From positions 1-49,815 of the forward strand of contig JANRLX010000080.1 of NCBI GenBank assembly GCA_033762115.1: a stretch of DNA of 49,815 nt, given 5' to 3'. The DNA comes from Verrucomicrobiota bacterium (GTDB taxonomy: Bacteria; Verrucomicrobiota; Verrucomicrobiia; Limisphaerales; SXQI01). Position numbers and translations under genes: made by a program. A model generated the notes under the pieces. It saw only the letters and a program-made list of their open reading frames with translations, ran no database searches and was not told where the DNA came from. Positions 45,433 through 49,815 of the stretch are shown here, one piece after another. Positions within the stretch are counted from its first letter, which is position 1. Every line of letters starts with the position of its first letter.

Positions 45433-45999
45433 TTACTGAGCGAAGTGCGGGCGGGTGTTGGGCAATTTTTCCTGCGCCACAAATTCACGGAACCGCTGGA
45501 AATTTTCCGGCGAAAACTCACGGGTGACCAGGCTGTTTTTTCCTTTGATGATAACCGTCACTTTCCGGGCATTGGCAATCGTGTGAAGGTCAATCACGCT
45601 GGCTTCGTAACGGGCATCCTCATAGACCACCTTCCCATCCTTTTTCTGCTCAAGGCTTCCCAAACCGGAGAAGCGGAGTTGTTGCCCATCGGCAACGATA
45701 TTCAGGGTCCGGCCAGGATAAATCTCGAGATAACCGGTTTCCTCATTGGCAGCGTAACGCACTTCCAGGTAGTAGGTGGCGCGCCCATTTTCATGGTAAA
45801 GCCGGGAGGCATTGAGCCAGATCATCTCCCGTTCATTCGGCCCGCCATCCAGGACATTTTCCGCAAGGATGTCGGTGCGGAGCCCTCGCATGTCATAATA
45901 ACTGCTGACCGGCGAAGAAGGAGTGCTGCTGCACCCGGACAAAAGCAGGGAGAAGGAGGCAAGCGCCACCAGAGAAATTTTTTGAGCGGTCGAGATCAT
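45433..45999 (-). CDS. Hypothetical lipoprotein
   Basis: From ATG 45999, KISLVALASFSLLLSGC lipobox followed by a Ser/Pro tether. Confidence 0.72.
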   Translation of the reverse strand: MISTAQKISLVALASFSLLLSGCSSTPSSPVSSYYDMRGLRTDILAENVLDGGPNEREMIWLNASRLYHENGRATYYLEVRYAANEETGYLEIYPGRTLNIVADGQQLRFSGLGSLEQKKDGKVVYEDARYEASVIDLHTIANARKVTVIIKGKNSLVTREFSPENFQRFREFVAQEKLPNTRPHFAQ

Positions 46000-46139
46000 G
46001 CTGTTCCTGTCGTTGGCCAACTCCTGAGACCTTCCACACATTCTCAACTTTTAATCGAATGAGCAAGGGCCGATGTCAGAATGGACGAATCCGGAGGAGA
46101 AACTGTTCAGCGCGAAGGGAAAAAAGTTGAATCCGTGGG

Positions 46140-46168
46140 TTGTGCTGGTTTCGTAAAAAGGATACTCT
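46140..46168 (+). promoter_or_regulatory. Putative promoter of the winged-helix/DUF5985 module
   Basis: TTGTGC-N17-TACTCT, 9 nt before the GTG at 46178. Confidence 0.45.
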
Positions 46169-46177
46169 CCGGACGAG

Positions 46178-46582
46178 GTGAGTGACAGTGGGTTTTCAGA
46201 AGAGCTCGAGAAGTTTATTCAGAGCCAGTTTGAAACGCTGGAACAACTGGAGGTGTTGCTGCTGCTGGCCCGGGTCCCGGAAAAAATCTGGGAAGCCCGC
46301 GCCGTCTATGAAGTGATCAAAAGCAGCCTTCCTTCAGTGGAACAGCGTTTGAAGGAACTGGTTTCTCAAGGCTATCTCGTGGAGGTGCAGGGGAATGCCC
46401 TTGCCTACCAGTATGCACCCACATCTGAAGAAGCGTCCCGCCTGGTGACCGAACTCGTCCGGGCTTACAAGGAGCGCCCGGTCAAAGTGGTGCAGGCAAT
46501 TTATTCAAGACCTCCCAAAGCCAAGGAGATGGATCCACTGGAGGAATTCGCCAAGGCATTCAGGTTTCGAAAAGAGAAATAA
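46178..46582 (+). CDS. Hypothetical winged-helix-like protein
   Basis: LEQLEVLLLL..W..VYEVI.SS..SVEQRLKELVSQGYL..YQYAP resembles a wHTH. Ends LEEFAKAFRFRKE. Confidence 0.72.
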   Translation: MSDSGFSEELEKFIQSQFETLEQLEVLLLLARVPEKIWEARAVYEVIKSSLPSVEQRLKELVSQGYLVEVQGNALAYQYAPTSEEASRLVTELVRAYKERPVKVVQAIYSRPPKAKEMDPLEEFAKAFRFRKEK

Positions 46583-46839
46583 TGGACCTGCTCGTATACA
46601 TTCTTTGCGCGTTGACCAGCCTGGGTTGTGCAGTCGCGTTGTCGCGACAGTATGGCTCCGCGAAGGTGCCGCTCCTGCTCTGGAGCGCGGTGGCGTTTTC
46701 CATCCTCGTTGTGACCAACCTGTTGTTGATCGTGGATTTCATCCTGCTTCCGGATGTGGACCTGGGAATCCTGCGCAATCTGACCACTTTGACCGCTGTG
46801 GTCCTGTTGTTGTACGGCTGCATCAAGACGAACACCTGA
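46582..46839 (+). CDS. DUF5985-like small membrane protein
   Basis: VYILCALTSLGCAVAL.RQY..LLLWSA..F..NLLLIVD..P..DL..R, three TM helices, TAATG coupling to the upstream gene. Confidence 0.7.
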   Translation: MDLLVYILCALTSLGCAVALSRQYGSAKVPLLLWSAVAFSILVVTNLLLIVDFILLPDVDLGILRNLTTLTAVVLLLYGCIKTNT

Positions 46840-46842
46840 GCA

Positions 46843-47115
46843 ATGAACAATTTTCACAATTTCCTGGTGGGCGCAATCACGATGGGCTTTGCCACGACGG
46901 CCTACTTTTTCTTTCGCTTCTGGGTCCGCTCAAAGGATTCTTTCTTCGCTGTCCTCTCCATTGCTTTTACGCTGATGGGAATTGAACGGGTAATCCTGCT
47001 TTTCATCCGGCCGGATGAAGAATTGCGGCCATACGTTTACCTGGTTCGATTGTCCGCGTTCCTTTTCATTCTCTACGCGATCTACTCCAAAAACCGCGGC
47101 CCGGCAGCGAAGTAG
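46843..47115 (+). CDS. DUF5985-like small membrane protein
   Basis: FLVGAITMG..FFFRFW..D.FF..AF..ER..YVYLVRL.AF..IL.AI..KNR, three TM helices. Confidence 0.72.
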   Translation: MNNFHNFLVGAITMGFATTAYFFFRFWVRSKDSFFAVLSIAFTLMGIERVILLFIRPDEELRPYVYLVRLSAFLFILYAIYSKNRGPAAK

Positions 47116-47260
47116 GGCTTTTTTCCATCCTCCATTGGCTTGTTAAAGGGGTTAATGTGAGCATCTTGATTTTTTTTCGGCGGTTTTGCACACTTTTCCC
47201 GGAAAGCAAACATCAAGGCTGTTTGTTGCTTAAGAACAGAGACGTAGATTGATTGAGTGC

Positions 47261-47479
47261 ATGGTTAAGGAAGAGCCAATCGAGGTTGTTGGCACGGTGA
47301 CACAGGTTTTGCCGGGAACGATGTTCCGTGTGGCGCTCCCGAACAAGCATCAGGTCCTTGCGCATATTTCAGGGAAGATGCGGAAGAATTTCATCCGCAT
47401 CAGCGTGGGGGACCGGGTGAACGTGGAGATGTCTCCCTACGACCTGGGAAAAGCGCGCATTACTTTCCGGCATCCCTGA
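47261..47479 (+). CDS. infA: Translation initiation factor IF-1
   Basis: [53 protein letters not shown]. Confidence 0.97.
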   Translation: MVKEEPIEVVGTVTQVLPGTMFRVALPNKHQVLAHISGKMRKNFIRISVGDRVNVEMSPYDLGKARITFRHP

Positions 47480-47870
47480 TCGGTTCCTCCGGGACGATCA
47501 TCAGGAAACGTGGAATGCGGGTGAGGACCCGCCGCCCCTGTGCGTCAACTCCTATATAACTCCCCTCAGCGGTTGCCTTCATCGTATCGAGAAGATGAAA
47601 GCTGTTGTAGCTGAAGCGTGAGCCGGGCTCGATACAGGGAAACTGGCCGACGACCCCATCTCCTTCCACCGCGACGATTTCCCCATGATCATTGGTGACA
47701 ACCCATTTCCGGCCCTTGATGGTGACGGCGGTTTCAGACTGATTGTGGATGGTGATGAAATAGATGAAGCAGTGGGGGCGGTCTGGAGGGGTGGCAACGT
47801 GCGGCTGGTGCAGGACGCGATCGACCGTGACGATCAATCCGGGCAGTTCGATGAAATCTCCAGCAGCCAT
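47460..47870 (-). CDS. apaG: ApaG-domain protein
   Basis: [44 protein letters not shown]. Confidence 0.85.
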   Translation of the reverse strand: MAAGDFIELPGLIVTVDRVLHQPHVATPPDRPHCFIYFITIHNQSETAVTIKGRKWVVTNDHGEIVAVEGDGVVGQFPCIEPGSRFSYNSFHLLDTMKATAEGSYIGVDAQGRRVLTRIPRFLMIVPEEPIRDAGK

Positions 47871-47888
47871 GCGGTTTGTGCAGTTACC

Positions 47889-49145
47889 TTAACTTAAATT
47901 TTCCGGGCGCAACAGAATTTCGCCATCGATCATGCTGAATTGAAGTGCGGCCTCGGGAAAAAGGATTGCTTCGGCAGGATTGGCCACGGGAGGAGTGGAG
48001 AGGGCAATGCAATCTGCGGCAGCGCCGGGGGTGAGCTGGCCGAGGATTCCTTTTTGCCGGAGGGCAATGGCACCGTTGAGGGTGGCCAGGCGAAGGATTT
48101 CGTCCGGGGAAACGTGGGGATTTTTCAGGGCGAATTCGCGCATTTCCTCGAAGAGGTTCAGTTCCGGTTCCAATCCACCGCGGCGGAGCACGCTGGCAAG
48201 GCTGTCGGTGCCGAGGCAGACATTGACCCCGGCATCGCGGAGTTTTTCGTAAGGGAACGGGGCATGATTGAAATAGGTGTGGCTGCGAGGGCAATGGGCG
48301 ACGCTGGCGCCGCTCGCAGCGAGGAGTGGCAGGTCCCCTTCGGCGAGGTAATTGACATGGACAGCGATCATCGACGGGTGAAGCGCGCCGAGTTGATGCA
48401 GGTGCCGGAGAGGAGAGCGGCCATCGCAATCATCCATTTTTCTCTGCGGTTTGAGCCATTGATATAATGGACCGCCGGCCTGGCGGTACATTTCGAATTC
48501 CGGTTGTGATTCGGCCAGGTGGGTGGAGCAAAGGAGATTCCGCTGGCGGGCGGCCTGGGAGGCGATGCGGAAAAGTTCGGGAGCGGTGGAATAGGGGGCG
48601 TGCGGCGAGAGGCCAGCCTGTTTGTTCCTGGTTTGCGGCAGGGTGTCCATCCGGGCGAGGGTTTCCTCAAGGATCAAGGCGGGATCGACCTGGCTTTTGA
48701 CGCCGGTCATTTCGAAAAGGGAATGGACACGGAGCGGGGTGCATTCCCAGACATCAGGAAGCAGTTCGGGAACGGCTTCAATATCGGCGACGGAGGTGAC
48801 GCCGTTGCGGAGAAGCATTTTTGCACCGGAAATCCAGGATTGGGCGTAGTCGGTATAGGTCCAATGGGCTTTGTAGGCGAGGATGGAAGCGATCCAATCA
48901 GGAAATTGCCGTGGGGGCGGGAGTTTACCAGCCATCGCGGTGTAATCGAGATGGCAATGGGCATTGACCAGGCCGGGCAGGAGGATGGAATCGCCGAGGT
49001 CGAGGAGGGGGGCATTGAAGTCGCGAAGGTCAGCCCAGCGACCAACCGCGGCGATTTGTTTGCCCTCGATGAGAAGGGCACCGTCCGGAATGGGAGCGCG
49101 TGCGACAGGCAAAAGCACTCTCGCACGGAGGAGAAGCTGTCTCAT
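47889..49145 (-). CDS. Amidohydrolase-superfamily deaminase (possibly aminodeoxyfutalosine deaminase)
   Basis: LPGLVNAHCHLD, SPHAPYS, THLAES..E, VHVN, HCPRSH, LGTDSLAS. Confidence 0.8.
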   Translation of the reverse strand: MRQLLLRARVLLPVARAPIPDGALLIEGKQIAAVGRWADLRDFNAPLLDLGDSILLPGLVNAHCHLDYTAMAGKLPPPRQFPDWIASILAYKAHWTYTDYAQSWISGAKMLLRNGVTSVADIEAVPELLPDVWECTPLRVHSLFEMTGVKSQVDPALILEETLARMDTLPQTRNKQAGLSPHAPYSTAPELFRIASQAARQRNLLCSTHLAESQPEFEMYRQAGGPLYQWLKPQRKMDDCDGRSPLRHLHQLGALHPSMIAVHVNYLAEGDLPLLAASGASVAHCPRSHTYFNHAPFPYEKLRDAGVNVCLGTDSLASVLRRGGLEPELNLFEEMREFALKNPHVSPDEILRLATLNGAIALRQKGILGQLTPGAAADCIALSTPPVANPAEAILFPEAALQFSMIDGEILLRPENLS

Positions 49146-49178
49146 TGGATGATCGGGGCAGCTTCGATTGAGCAGAAA

Positions 49179-49532
49179 TTAAACTTCGGCTTCCTGGCGT
49201 TTGCGTTTGCCCTTGGAAGCTTCGGTGTGGTTGCGCGCCTTGAATTTGTTATGACGCTTGCGGATTTGCTGTTCGAGTTTTTTCACGACGAGATCGATGG
49301 CAGCGTAAAGATCACTTTCAGCATCTTCAGCAAAGAGGTCCGGCCCTGGAACGGATAAACGGATCGACGCTTTGAACTGGCGGTCAGCGATTTTTGTGTG
49401 GTCGTGCTCCAGAGTGACCCGGGCGTTAATGGCCCAGCGATCGAGATGTTCCAGTTTATCGATTTTGTTGAGGATGTGGTCTTCGATGGCCTTGGTGAGC
49501 GTCACGTTATGCGTCGATAAAATCAATTTCAT
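49179..49532 (-). CDS. hpf: Ribosome hibernation promoting factor (RaiA/HPF, short form)
   Basis: From ATG 49532, MKLILSTHNVTLTKAIEDHILNKIDKL..DLYAAIDLVVKKLEQQIRK. Confidence 0.9.
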   Translation of the reverse strand: MKLILSTHNVTLTKAIEDHILNKIDKLEHLDRWAINARVTLEHDHTKIADRQFKASIRLSVPGPDLFAEDAESDLYAAIDLVVKKLEQQIRKRHNKFKARNHTEASKGKRKRQEAEV

Positions 49533-49815
49533 ACCCGCAACCAACTTGCCCTTTCCACGCGGCAAAATCCAGCTTAACCGAAGGACTTCTTTTGCCATGG
49601 AACGGAGCAAAAAATGCAAAGGCAGCCCTCAGCCTGCATGTGTATGCAAGCTGGTTGCCTGGGCTGAAGCTTCTGCTGTGGAACCGTGGACTGGTCATGC
49701 AACCATGGCGGGTGGGCGGGGATGAACTCGGGTGGACCAATGTTCGATGTGAGGTCGGTCGAGGTTGTATTTGGAAGTCATTATGGCGCTGAACTCTTCC
49801 GGGGTGAAGGGGGAG

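Noticed and set aside
49536..49552. Sigma54-like GGCA-N6-TTGC on the minus strand before hpf
   Set aside because: It ends only about 4 nt before the start codon, so the implied TSS would fall inside the CDS.
49592..49815. Short ORFs and a hairpin (about 49623-49666) at the right edge
   Set aside because: No recognisable protein or RNA family, and the context is cut off by the window end.

Overview
Gene-dense bacterial chromosome segment. Gene content (DUF1592/DUF1552 pair, futalosine-pathway mqnD, GuaB3, ECF sigma factors with long extensions) suggests a PVC-superphylum organism, probably a Verrucomicrobium; this is an inference. Most of the window is housekeeping: gyrB (partial), clpP-clpX, xylB, trpA, manC, coaB, mfd, guaB3, exbB-exbD-tonB, sahR/metK/ahcY, hrpB, infA, apaG, hpf. 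I saw no rRNA, tRNA, CRISPR array, integrase or transposase. The standout is a low-GC five-gene minus-strand cassette at about 26.55-31.0 kb. It encodes a C-terminally anchored exported protein, a secreted 12-Cys Ser/Thr-rich miniprotein bracketed by two mRNA hairpins, a MauE/DoxX-like CxC membrane protein, a GT-C glycosyltransferase and a polyprenyl-phosphate-sugar synthase. It looks like an undescribed system for making a disulfide-rich, possibly glycosylated, exported peptide. Other leads are a candidate 180-nt sRNA with its own promoter and terminator (19.3-19.5 kb), an ExbD with a duplicated periplasmic domain that lacks the essential Asp, an ECF sigma factor fused to a membrane/Gly-Ala repeat domain, a winged-helix plus 2xDUF5985 module, an NrdR-box-like site before gyrB, and a G/C strand-skew reversal near 46 kb. 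All family assignments come from motif recognition by eye, not from database searches.
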